Shown piece after piece: positions 1 to 39,149 of a stretch of 64,000 nucleotides of DNA; positions within the stretch are counted from its first letter, which is position 1, and the number at the start of each line of letters is the position of its first letter. The notes under the pieces are model-generated. The model did no database searches and was not told the DNA's origin. It worked only from the letters and a program-made list of their open reading frames with translations. The stretch covers positions 25,172,001 through 25,236,000 of the forward strand of contig CM120642.1 in assembly GCA_051362555.1 (NCBI GenBank), in the 5' to 3' direction. Source of the stretch: Lingula anatina (lineage: Eukaryota > Animalia > Brachiopoda). A program made the position numbers and the translations under genes.

Positions 1-58
1 TCAATTAGCTTTTGATTACAGCAATATTTACTTCTAAACATTTGTGGTTAATTTGCAG

Positions 59-3000
59 GCGACGCGTCAGTTACCCATACCATAACGACCGAAGCTGGCA
101 CCCCAAATGCGACTGGTTCTGAGCGCTGTATTGCCTATCGCGATATCACCATTAACTACACAGATACGACCAATGATAACGGCTGTGGGGTGGACATCAA
201 GCGCACGTGGCTCGTGCAGGACGGGTGTGGGAACATCGTGCGGTCAGTTCAGACCATACTTGTATACAATTCATGGCAAGCTCTCCGGGCACATCCTGGA
301 CAGAACTGTACGGGGATGGTGGAGGTAGTGGGATGCAATGACACTGCAGACGGTGGGTCCTCAGTTTAAAGCACTGTAATATTTTCGTTGGAAAAATAAG
401 ATGAGTGCACAATCTCATCATCTTTGAAAGATACGGTTATTCAATAGAAATGTTGAAGGTATTAGGTCAATAACTTGAGAAATCTTGAGACTGTTAGCAT
501 ACGAAAATTTGGCCGTTTAGTAGTTATGTAGGCATATTTACAAAAGCCATTTACAAAACGAAAAAATCATCAAATTTAATTTGGAAAAAATTGCAGAATT
601 TCCGTTATGAGCCTGTTCTGAAATAAATGTACGAAATAACCTATGGATACGTTCGTTTCAGTGGTGGGTCAATGCACAACTACCCCATGCCCAGGCAATG
701 AGAGCCACATCGTGCATGCAGGTGATTTTGGTTGTGCCTGTGACCTGTTTCTAGACACTGTCAGGTGTGTGCAAGGTATGTAACGGAGCGTGAGTTTCTT
801 ATGGCATCATTATAGACTCTCTTTTATATTAAGTCAACAAATAGCACCGACACACGCTTCTTTCTATAGGTTATCTTAGGTTTATCAAACAACCCCTTGG
901 TTGTATTGGCCAGCTGGCACGGATAACCTTTCTTTCGCTTCTGAGTAAGGAAAAGAAGAAGATATGAGGTAAACAATCTTAACCAAGATTTACATTTACA
1001 TTTGGGCGACCTGTTTGGCTTCAAGATCGGTCCTAATGTGGGATTTACAGTCACCATTAAACTGCATTGTTCCAATAGCAGAAAAGTGAGTCATTCTGTT
1101 AACACAACCAGACCCGTTGCCAACAGTTTCAAAATGGGAGGGGGGGTTGGGGGGGGGGGATTGAACCAATGAACTAATGAAAAAAGTTTCATATAAGAAC
1201 CATGCCAGTAGATGCCACAATAATGATGATATAATGACAAAAGGCATCCTTAAGAACAAAAGACATTTCTAAAACTTTATTTTATAAGTGTATAGTTGGG
1301 ATAAATTGTGCAAATAAAAAATGATTATTTTCCAGGTGAAAATTTGACAACCACTAAAATGCCAGAAAGAGTACGACCTAGCACCGAGTATTTAGCCGTT
1401 GAAACCACGCCTGAGTCTCCGGTGTTGACTTGGTCGACAGGGAAAACGCAGCAACATACTGGCAGTCCCACTATTGAAACTACGACTACATCGCAAAGAC
1501 TTTGGACATCGGAGGAGATCAAACGGTCCGAGCCTTCCACCACTCAAACCACTCCAAAAATGACAGGTGTGGCGTGGTCATCAGACAACATGAACCATGG
1601 CACTGAGCAACTTACTTCAGACACCACGGCTAAAGTGTCGTGGATATTTTCGTCGACGGAGAAGGTGGCACTAAGTACAAAGCGGCCTTATGCTGAGACT
1701 GTGAGTGAAACCCTGCAGAGAATTTTTACTTCAGAAAAAACGAAACTTAGCACTGAGAAACCTTCTACTGAAATCATGTCAAAATTTTCCTGGTTTGTTT
1801 GGTCAACGGATGAAGCGGTACAACGCACAACGCATTCCCATCTGGAGACCACGGCAGTATCAGCACCGGGCATTTGGTCTACAGAGGCTGTAAGTAGATT
1901 TAAAAGAATATTTCAGCGTTTGCTATATATATATATATATATATGGTTCATGTAGAAGTTCGCGTAAAGGTGAACTAGACACGTCAGATCAATATATACT
2001 TATTGGTCATTAATAAATATATTTTATTTAGTATCAATAATATTAAATTTCGTTTTATATTTGATTTGCAACCAGGTGTCCCTTTCTGGGCAAATTTTAC
2101 TTAAGAGGATAACTAAATAGGCCCTATATTTGTTTGCCTTTCCCATTAAAAAAATGAAGCCGAAATGGACAATTTTGCTTACATATTACAAACAGCTGTG
2201 CGTTCCATAACTGATTTTATCATCTTTGACGTAAACACACATGTTGGTCTTAAAATTTGATGAAGGGGCATTTCATAACGGTTAAATCATTGTTTAGTTG
2301 ATCCTGTTTTCCACATTTACCGTACATGTACAGGGTAATTATGGTGTATGTGATTTTACATTTGATCACATTTCAGAATATCAATGAAGGTGCAGCTTTA
2401 CGCGCACGAAAAATGGACCCCAAAGCTTCTGAACAAAGGCTCACCGAAATTCTTCCCCCAGTCGCTGGTGTCATCTTGCTGTGCGGAGCTGTCGTAGCAA
2501 CGAGCTGGTGGCTTCAGAAACGGATGAAAAGGTAACAGCTTATCTGTAATTCTTTTGAAACTTACTTCTTGTTACCTCTGATTTTTGTTGTGAAAATGAA
2601 TATGAATGCAGAGGTATATGTATGGAAATGGCATCTACCTGTAGGTGAGCAATGAATCTGCGCCCCTATCTATCTGACACCCATTTTTATATAATTTTTC
2701 TAAAAAACCAGTGGTCCGTTCACATGTAAGTGGTTGACACCCTACTTCCCATACCCTAGATACGCCATTGTAGAGACGTCTATACCATGGTCTATAAGTA
2801 TACTTTGAATTTAAAAAAAGACAGAGGCGTAGTTCCAACTTCCATATCAACCAGCACATGATCAGTTCAAGTTGCCATGTAGCCCTACTACCAGTGTTCA
2901 ATTATTATCTGCGTCTATATAATTTATCTTAGGAAAATTCGAACTTCCCCAGCAGGCGAAGCAAAAGAAGGCCCATCTTCAACGCAAAAAGATAAAAACG

Positions 3001-3332
3001 ACAGCAGAGAAGAACCACAAGAAGATGGCTCCAGCGAGATCCCATACGTCCCTCCCGCAACTGGTGCCATACCAAACCCTCCAACAACGACGCAGTTTCC
3101 AGAAGCGCCTTCTCGTTCAGGCTCCGACGGGCTACTTTCCAAAGACACTGACAGTCCACATGTTGACGAGTTCAGGAAAACTGTTGAGCCACCTGACTCT
3201 GTCACTTGGCTTCACGTCATGGATATTGGTGGTACTGTGTCACATGATTTACCACCAGTGAGTGCACCTTTCAATCAATATCAACCACAGCTACTCCCGC
3301 CACCTCGCTTGCCTCCTTTGAGGATGGAATGA
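59..3332 (+). CDS. Type I transmembrane protein (5'-partial): HYR-like Cys domain, EGF-like module, Ser/Thr-rich mucin stalk, TM helix, Pro-rich cytoplasmic tail
   Basis: Phase-consistent GT-AG exons: 59-352 (..YTDTTNDNGCGVDIKRTWLVQDGCGNIVRSVQTILV..), 662-775 (CTTTPCPG..GCACDLFLDTVRC), 1336-1889 (S/T-rich), 2377-2531 (TM ILPPVAGVILLCGAVVATSWWL then QKRMKR), 2933-3332 (ends LLPPPRLPPLRME*). AATAAA at 3381. Upstream exons lie outside the window. Confidence 0.8.
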
Positions 3333-3529
3333 TCGAGTTTTCTGTGCTTAATGCAACATTCGAAGTGCAATATGTTGTCAAATAAAACTTTTTTTTTGCA
3401 GGCTTAACAAATATTATTTTATATCTTTTTCTTTTCTATATTGGCAAAGAGAGGCAGCAGTGCAGATATTGTGAGGATAAAATAGTGTAAAAAACTGATT
3501 ATCAAGCACAAAGTACAAATTTGAAAACA

Positions 3530-5130
3530 TTTATTCATAATGACTCACATCCAATAAGGCTCATAATCCCTTAGTTGTTGGGTAATAAATTTCTCATTAT
3601 TGCTTATGTATTAAAAGTTGGGGATACCTTTTCTGATAGTGATAAATTAATATAAATGTACAGATGTATACTTGAAGCAAAGGCACGTTAAGTGTAGCTT
3701 ATTTTCTTTCACACAATTTACAATAAGGATGTAAACCGTTTCCCAGTAGTATTTTGAGATAAACAGACCTGTCTTTCAATATTTAATACATACCAGCACA
3801 ATAAAGGTTATGGTTACATTATTTAATGGCAAATACTTGACATAGCTTATTTTAAATGTTCCCAATCTTAAAGGTGAAAGACAGAACAAAGTAACAAATA
3901 TAATACTGTAAGCACCTTGCATTTCTATAAATATTTAGTTGCACATTATAATCTAAAAAGCAATATAAATGGAAAAATAAAATTTACTAATGGGACCCCA
4001 GGACTGCCAATTTACATCCTAATTTTAGAATTTAATTTTCATCATTTTCATTTTTTAATTATTAGCTAAAACTGATAACAGAGCTCTTTCTACATTTTTT
4101 TCAAATGTAAGTCATTTTAAACATGAAATGTTGAAATAAATATTCAAAAATATATGTACTATTTCTCCTTTCAATCAATTTCTGCAGCAATGTTATTAGT
4201 ACTTATTCAGGATATCCCTTTTTACTTACCACCAGTATGATGTAATGTGTGTACGTCTCTAATGTGTGAATGCAGCCAAATGATGTGAATGCAGCCGAAT
4301 AGCACCTGTCCAACACTTGATCGCCTATCCCATTTGCATACATGTAAATAAAGACTTAGGGCCAAGTCTGCACTTCAAGTTTTGGATTTGAACACGTGGT
4401 GTTTGTCTTTTTCATGTCATGGCGCACATTATACCAACAGGAGCTACTACACCCCATTCCTACAGCCATGCGCCAACATCCAGCACTATATTCAAAGGGG
4501 ATATCCTTTCCAACTGACCAAAGCCTGTCTTTGTACGATACCATTGATAATCATCCCAGATAGCCCATTCTCATGATTAAGCATAGAATCAAATGAAATT
4601 TCAAGGGATTTGGAGGAGAGTGGGGTCAAAAAAATATTAGACCAGTGAATGCATATAAAAATATAATAAATATAAAAACTGACATACCATGTACTTTATC
4701 CATGGATATTTTTCTAGGTGTCTTCTCTTAAGAACTGGTAAGTTATGCACTATTACACAAAATTGCAAATTCACTATATTTTGTGTGTCACTTTCATATC
4801 ACTCTTAAAGATGTACAACATTACCAGCACACAGATTTTTCACTTTTATCACTGAAATTTTTAACCCCACCTTGCAGCTATCGCACAATTTTTAGTCACT
4901 AATGACATCACACAGTACTGACATCTTCATTTTTGGCTATCACAGATGATCTCAAAATGTGATACACATTCCTAATGATGGCTTATCTATAAGGTACAAG
5001 TACACCAACAGCGCAACATCAACATTGAGATCAATTTTCCTTCAAGTTAAAACATATCAAGATTCCATTACGTATGTGGTATGAGGCACTAGCGCCTGAG
5101 TTTTCTTAAAAAACATCTACAATGGAGAAT
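3530..5130 (-). other. Probable SRA1 3' UTR (about 1.6 kb)
   Basis: Non-coding stretch after the SRA1 stop; TTTATT at 3530-3535 is AATAAA on the minus strand and converges on the poly(A) signal of the upstream + strand gene. Other AATAAA sites could be used instead. Confidence 0.45.
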
Positions 5131-6024
5131 CTAAGTTTGTGTGTTGCTAGAACTATCAGCAGACTGTTGATCTGAATTCTCTTGGGAGTCAGTTTGGGGA
5201 GCACTGCTGTCAAGTGGAGTTTGTGATTGGTCATCACTTAATGCAACACTGTCCTCTGGTGGACTGAAAGGAACCACAGGATTGCCCTCTGGTGAGAAAA
5301 CTGGCACTGCAGGATTGCTCACTGCTGCAGCTGATTGTACCTCAGATTCATCTTTCTCTTCTGTTGTTTTTAAATTTCTGGTTTCTTGGATAAGTTTTTT
5401 TATCCCCACCATCCACTGTCCAACCTAAAACAGAGTCAACCTTATTACATTCTATCGCATCAAATTTCAATTATCATTAAATTGACTTAATTGAATTGTG
5501 TATTTAATAAACAACACACCATGGTAGTACTATAGATTCTCTTAATTTACACAGGCTGAGAAGAAAACCAAGGGTCAAAATTTCCTATGGTTCTAAGTTA
5601 ATCAATTAACAAAAAAAAAATTGTTCAGACAATTCAGTAAGAGAAACTGAACAGTGTTCTTATACTAAAACTGAAATCTGCTCAAGTGTGATTCCCCTAT
5701 ACCTACCTCTCCTGCATAGTCTATCATCAATGCTAGATGCAACTCATGAGCCATATCACAGTTACCTCTCTCTAGACATTGTGATAGCTGTGCCATTCTT
5801 GTCTTCACCGGTTGTGACAGTTTGCCCTTCTGCCACCAGTCTTCAAACATGGCGAGTCTCTTCTGAATGTCACTTAGTGCTCTGGCCTGATAGATGATGC
5901 AGGAAAAACATAAATATTTAGATACATGGCCTCAAATAAACCTTGCCAACAAAAGCTGTAACCTGGACACAGTGAGCCAACACCATAAGAAATGATCTAC
6001 TTGAAAGGGAATAGAAGGTTGAAA

Positions 6025-6088
<64 letters not shown>

Positions 6089-7921
6089 GTAAAAGCACAT
6101 TCTTTTTAAAATACAAGTGTTAGTTTATGCACCCCTATGTAACCCAAGACATTTGAAAAACACATATTAGCCTTGCCCAGCAGCCTGTACAAACTGCTTT
6201 TACTTGACTATGGTGGGCAATGGTAGGGCACTCACAGTATAAGAAAGAATATACAACAGAGAGGAAAATTTTGAGTTTAAATAAACTGCATGACTGTTGG
6301 CTTTACATTTCAACCCATACCACAATCAATAAAATATATGCCAGTTACCTGATTTTATACCTTTATAGGATTGTTGAAAATTGGCCCTGGATTACTGCCT
6401 ATTGCTACTAGTAACATATAGTAGCATAGTAAGGACTGTAAACAAGTGATCTGATTATAATATGGACCTAGTGTGCATGCATGCTGCACACTGCCATTGT
6501 GTTTGTTAATCTGACCTGAAGTACGTAGACAGGTTTAAACTGAAACTTGTTCAAACCAAAAACATTCAAAAATATTTTCCACAAATGAGCTCAATGCTCT
6601 CTGTTCTGGTCTTTTTCACCAGAGTGGAAGCTTTGCTTAATTTGGGGTACATAAAGTAACACAAGTAATTTTTATTAGAAGGTGCTTATACATGAATACA
6701 ACTTTTTTTTTCAATTTTGACTTTTCTGTCCCTTTAAAAATTAACTTAAATGACATGTCTATTTTGTTTACCTTAGACATATAAATGAACTGACTCAATG
6801 CAAAAAGTTGGATTAATTTAAATAAGATCAAATTGAGCAGCATACAATTTAATTGGAATACTGACATAATATCATGTACATTATGGACTCTATGTACAAA
6901 AAATTGACTTTTAATGATTCCCTACAAATCTCAAATTAACCAATTCTGACTTAGAATCAAAGATAGTATCCAAAAATCTGTCATATGATAAGGGAATCCA
7001 AGATCATACCTGTAAACAACTCTTGCAGTTCTCAAACACTTTCTGGAGCTTCGTTTTACATAGTGCAAAAAGTTCACTCTCTTCCAAGATTTCTACAGCC
7101 TCCATTTCCGCAGACAAAATCTCTACAAGTTGGTCAGAATCTGAGGACTTTTCATCTGGCAATACTTTAGGTGGCACAAGGACTTTGCTTTCTGATGTGA
7201 CTGGTGGGGTAGTTGACACAACAGTGCCACCTTCAGGAGAGCTAAGAAGGGGTGATGCTTGTGGTGGCTTTGCCCCCTCATCACAAGGAGGAAGTAAAAC
7301 TGGTTTTCCTGTTTTTGGTGGCGAGCTGTTGCCTGCAGGTTGTGACAGTAATTCTGAGCCTGGTGGTGGTCCATTCCCTGGGTTTAAACCTATTTTGGAA
7401 AAAAATGATTATCCACCATTTAGTACACTCATCAAACTGCAAATTCTCATCTTCCTAGTGTTATCTTCAACATGAATTTTTTGTCTTATTACTTGTCAAT
7501 ATATTAATTCCTGATGGAGTTTATAATAAAGACAATGTTAAATCAAACAGATAACTTTGAATTGAAAGAGATAAATAACATAACTATATTACAAACTCCC
7601 ATACTTCAACTTACATGAATTTGCACCCACATTTGTAGTTGGATCTTGTGGAAATGCAACTCTTTTATTTAGGGATGCTTTCTTTGTAGCATTTGAGGCA
7701 TTAGAATCCACATTGTAGAAAAACATAGGGGGATCATTCCAGCCCCTCTCCAGATTACCTTAGTAAATGAAAAAATATGTTTAAAAGTCAAAGGCATATG
7801 CTCCATGAATAAACAAAGGTATCAATTTTGTCTACATGACTACTGCATCTTCAAATAATATATATAAAATATCGAGCAGTTCAAAGTAGTGATATATGCT
7901 GTCATTTTCAGATACCAGTAG

Positions 7922-8002
<81 letters not shown>

Positions 8003-8645
8003 ATAGAAGAGGGGCATATCAACAGATTTATATAAAATGAGTTTCAATTTTAAGAAACCTATATTATCATAGTGATACCAAGATGAAAATGAGATTCAAA
8101 AGCAATAAGTCCTATTCTGAGGTGCATGTCCATTAACCAAACCACTGTCTGACCCGTCAGTCATATGCCTAAATTGCACTTAAACAGACTCAGATAATCC
8201 TCGTTCACAATGAGTTTTAAAACTGCTGACAGCTGAAGGCAAGAAAAAAGTATATAGTACAGTACATGTAGATGACACATGCTTGCACTGCACCATTGTG
8301 TTCAGGGAGGGCCAAATGTGTATCACTGGCAGGTGTCTATTTTACACTGCTATTGTAGTATAGAATGTAGAGCTACATGCAAAGAAGTAAGAAGCAGAAA
8401 ATTTAGACCCAGGCGCAGTCAGTGTCAGAGTTGCCGCTGGTACGATTCAATGTCACACAGGATAACTGAGTTTAATTTCTAGACATCTACTGTATAAAAG
8501 ACATCACGAGAATGAAGATATACAATTCAATGTTCAGAGACAAATATTTCAATCGTATGGCAGTACTCTGGCATCTAAAACGTACCAACTGCGAAAAAAA
8601 TCTAAATTAATTTGGTGCCAACTCACCAGGTCTGGAGGCTGCCAT
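5131..8645 (-). CDS. SRA1: Steroid receptor RNA activator 1 protein (SRAP)
   Basis: Minus-strand exons 8645-8627 (MAASRP), 7758-7615 (GNLERGWNDPPMFFY..LNKRVAFP), 7389-7010 (Pro-rich linker then helical), 5886-5707 (DIQKRLAMFEDWWQKGKLSQPVK..HLALMIDY), 5424-5131 (VGQWMVGIKKLI..). PGNxERGWNDPP, KRVAxP and WMVGxKxLI are characteristic SRA1 motifs. Confidence 0.95.
6030..6085. repeat. (TA)n microsatellite
   Basis: Direct reading. Confidence 0.95.
7923..7999. repeat. (TA)n microsatellite
   Basis: Direct reading. Confidence 0.95.
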
Positions 8646-9087
8646 TTTGGACAAGTCACATGATCAAATTTCTATCCAATGAAAAGACCCCAAGTCCTCC
8701 AGAGCAAAGCTGTTCAACCTAGAGGAGTTCCCCAATATCTTTACATCTGCTAGGAAAACAGGACAATTATCCAACCACAAAATAAATCATTTTTCTAACT
8801 AAAACATCGAAACAATATCCAGTGCATTTTCTACTTTGCATTTGTTTAAAATTAACTTGCAGTTTATTTCTAGAAATTATGCGGTTAGGGGGAGTCGTGC
8901 AGGGTTATCCCAACAGCCACAGCCGACCGAAGTCTGTCGTGTTCTTCAATGTGTGACTTTTATAGCTCTGAAGTGACACCAGGGCGTCAACCAATATTGA
9001 CCACGATGATGCGAAGCTACAAAAACTGACCTCGTACCATTCAGAAACAAAAGCGATACTGTTATTGGGACGGTCTTGTCAGAAACG
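8646..9087. promoter_or_regulatory. Bidirectional promoter / 5' UTRs between SRA1 and STIM
   Basis: Divergent ATGs only about 440 bp apart (8645 minus, 9088 plus). YY1-like AAAATGGC overlaps the SRA1 ATG, CCAAT at about 8676, and 8880-9170 is locally CpG-retaining. Confidence 0.7.
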
Positions 9088-35792
<26,705 letters not shown>

Positions 35793-38257
35793 ACGAGTGG
35801 GTTGGTCATTGGTGCTGTTACATGTAGAATGGGTAGCTGTATTCACCCCAGTGATGGTAATGAAATTAGAAGATTTAAATCATTATAGCAATGTAACATG
35901 CAAAATTACTCTCTTTGGTGCCTCGGTTCATACCTTTATGTGGTTCTTTTTTATGGAGGTCATGACAAGGTGGATCAATATTGGTTGATTTATATCATAC
36001 CAGGGTCTGGTCACTAAATATTAGCCTGAATTATTGAGGTATTTTTCATCATTTTTTATGTCCCTTGGTTTCCATAAACAGATTTCCCTTATGACCTAAA
36101 TTTTAGCAACATATAAAATCTGGTTTGTGGTTTTATGGTTTAGGAGATGATCTCAGAAATATTGTAGATTGTATGTCAGGTGATTTCTTTGTACATTTAG
36201 AAAGTGTGTAGAAAATACCCAATCTGTTGGCTAAAGGGACCTGTCAGATTGCCTTAGACCACCAGGTCACATCTTACAGTGTAAAGACTAGTTACAGTTA
36301 TTTGAATCAATGCGGTATGATTCTTGTTTCATCTTTTGTTATAATTGTTTTTGAGGGAGAGGTATGGATTCAGTTCACAAGTAACATTTTCAACACCTTT
36401 GTCTTCTCAGCTGTGTTGTAGTACTCTACCAACTAGCAAGTGGATAAACCTCATCAAATTACCTATGCAGTATAAATAATTGTTTTAAAAAGCCGTAGAC
36501 AGACTATTGAGTGATCATCGATAGTGAAAAATATAGATGCATCTTTGGAGATGTAGCCCCATATTGATGAATGCAACCACTTTGACACATGTGACACTTA
36601 GAATTGGACTTGGGTTATTTGCACTAAATTTATTACTTTTTATAATATTGCTTTATAGTGAGGTTGCACTAGTATTGTTTTAACGACATTTCAGAATTAA
36701 ATCTTAACAAATGATTTGATTACCTTTGAAACAAATATTTTTTGTTTTGTTTTATTATATATTCTATTTTCGGTTATTGTTATCATTCAGGCGTTGTTCT
36801 CCTTCAATCTGTTATATCTATAAAGTGTTCGACTTCACTGGTTGCTTTACAAGCACGTCTTTGGAAATGTTACCAGTGCACCTTCTAGTGTGGACTCTTT
36901 TTCACTCATAATCAGGGTAGAAATAGCAATGGGTTTTGATCACCTTTAAACTGTGCTATGTCAAATGATTTTCCTGGAACTTGATTATTTCCATACTTTG
37001 AGATTGTGATGTACATATCTAGTCTGTAAATTTGCAAACTGGTATCTCGTTAAACATCTTGTCATTTCATGTTCTACTATTTTGGTGAACTTGTTTTACA
37101 CGTAACAGTTATTTAATTTTCTGTTATTTCACTGTGTTTACTGGCATTGGGTTTGTTGATTGTAACCCTCTCCCATGCACATCCAGTACAGTAACTTCAA
37201 TTTCTTACCTACTCCTAATGTCAACGTTGCACCAATATTTTCAAACAATCAGAACAACAATTATAATGAAGTGCTCTCTGGTTGCTGTTATTTTTTGTAA
37301 CATTCCTTGTATTTCTGTTGTATGTTCCCACTACTGATCAAGTCAGTATCTGTATATGTATATATTGTGGTTCTCAGATAGCCGTGGAGACAGAAGTTCA
37401 CCAAGAGCCTGTTCAGAACCAAGTAGATCCGCAGACTTACGAAACTGGAAATCAAATGTGACACCACCAACTTGAAAGCAGGCTGAAATTTAATAGCCCT
37501 GCCCCTGCAGGAAGGCACATGTGGAAGGCATTGTCAAGCGCGCTCCATAATTAACCTGCTGATCAGTTAGTCCCCGGATCATCTTGGTTCTGAACAGGCC
37601 CCTACATCCAGGGCAGCTTGTCACATTGAATGGAAGTACTTTTACAACAGAGTAACAAATTATGTTTATGAAAAGCCGTTCACAGTGCACCGAAGAATGC
37701 TATTTCTGAAAATTGAAACATTTTTATCCTCTGCCGTGTCTCTGATACAGAATGTAGTACACACAGAAAATACGTGTGGCAAGGTGGTACATGTCACATA
37801 TCTTTGAAAGCAAAGAACCAGCTGTGATATAATCTGTTTCCTTTGAACCAAGTGATGCAGTCCATTTTCACAATGCTCACCTGGGTGTGTGTGGATCATA
37901 AAATGAATTCAGAAAACTGTTATATTTGAAATAATCTTTGAGAAATGGAGTTATTATTTTCATTGTTATCTGCCTCCCTCGCTTTGTGCAGTATATTCTT
38001 GTTACATGTTGACATGTATTCTTATGTCAGAAAAAAACCCGTATGCACTGGCGTGGCGTCTTGAAATGTTTGTATAATATTTTTGTGCAATGTTTATTAA
38101 GTGCGTTCATTGTTAAACAATATGAAGTCCAGGGAACGTTTGTCGTTTTGTCAACCCGAGTTTTGTGACGTTGGCAATGTTAAATGACGTCACGCACTCA
38201 AGATGACGTTGGAACTTTTTATGCATAACAAATTGTACATATTGTTATGATAATAAA
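35793..38257 (+). other. Probable long STIM 3' UTR
   Basis: T-rich non-coding sequence after the stop, with AATAAA at 38252-38257. The end point is inferred. Confidence 0.4.
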
Positions 38258-39149
38258 TGTTCGGTTCATAACTGTCACGGTATAAAGCGGCGTGTCAGAC
38301 ACGTTTTCTTTTAGATGTGATGGAATCATTTGTAACACTAAAAACCCGTCAGTATAATTTTGTCTTTGTCAAGACTATTTCAATAGGATGGACATGTGAA
38401 GGTGTACATTATTCTAATTGTTAATCACATTGTGGTTTGTGTGCAGAGAGGGAGTCGCCAATTGTCACATGTAATTTAAATAACTTTTATTAAAAATCAA
38501 TAATAAAGCCCAATCGTTATGTTTATTTGTTGCTGTATGTTGTGAAACCTAGAAAAGACTGCATATTGGACAATTACGTCATGTCAGTGTGTAGATATAG
38601 ACATGAATACCTAACCGATTAGATTGTTGTTATGCTTTCTCCGCGTCACAGATGGTTTTGGCGACCAAAAGAGACAGTTTGTTACCAGTTCGTTCATTAG
38701 CAACACCGGCGGAGGGTCCCCGTCGCCGTGGAATGGTCCAACCTTCAACCCAGTCCACCTTTTTCTTTGGTGTCACGCAGTGGCCTCTATGCCAGATAAT
38801 TACCTAGATTGTAATTATGTGCGTTTTCCCCTTGAAAAATAATTTAAATAATGTAGTAGGTGTAGTATTGGCATGTAACCTATCCAGTGTTTTACGTCGC
38901 CATGCACCTGATTACATGCCAGGTATGGTATTAATCAGAGATAACGGCTCACGGACCAATATCACAGGGAGAAACTATTTCTATATTTGAAGTTAATAAA
39001 GTACTACGGTCAAAGTTGTTGAAGAAATCGTATAGATATGACAGGACGTAAATATATCATAAGTGACAAGTGACTTACTCCGTTTTCCCAGTTTGACATA
39101 TCGTTGAGGAGGTCGCCTTTCTGCGACACCTAGGAGCACGATTCTGAGA

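Noticed and set aside
107-328. 73-aa ORF with a signal-like start (MRLVLSAVLP..)
   Set aside because: Alternative frame of the exon 59-352; the other frame gives the Cys/Trp domain and splices in phase.
5918-6100. ORFs with YIYI, CVCV, LSLS, poly-L, poly-F or poly-Y runs here and elsewhere
   Set aside because: Translations of microsatellites.
7023-7475. 150-aa + strand ORF
   Set aside because: Antisense shadow of SRA1 exon 3.
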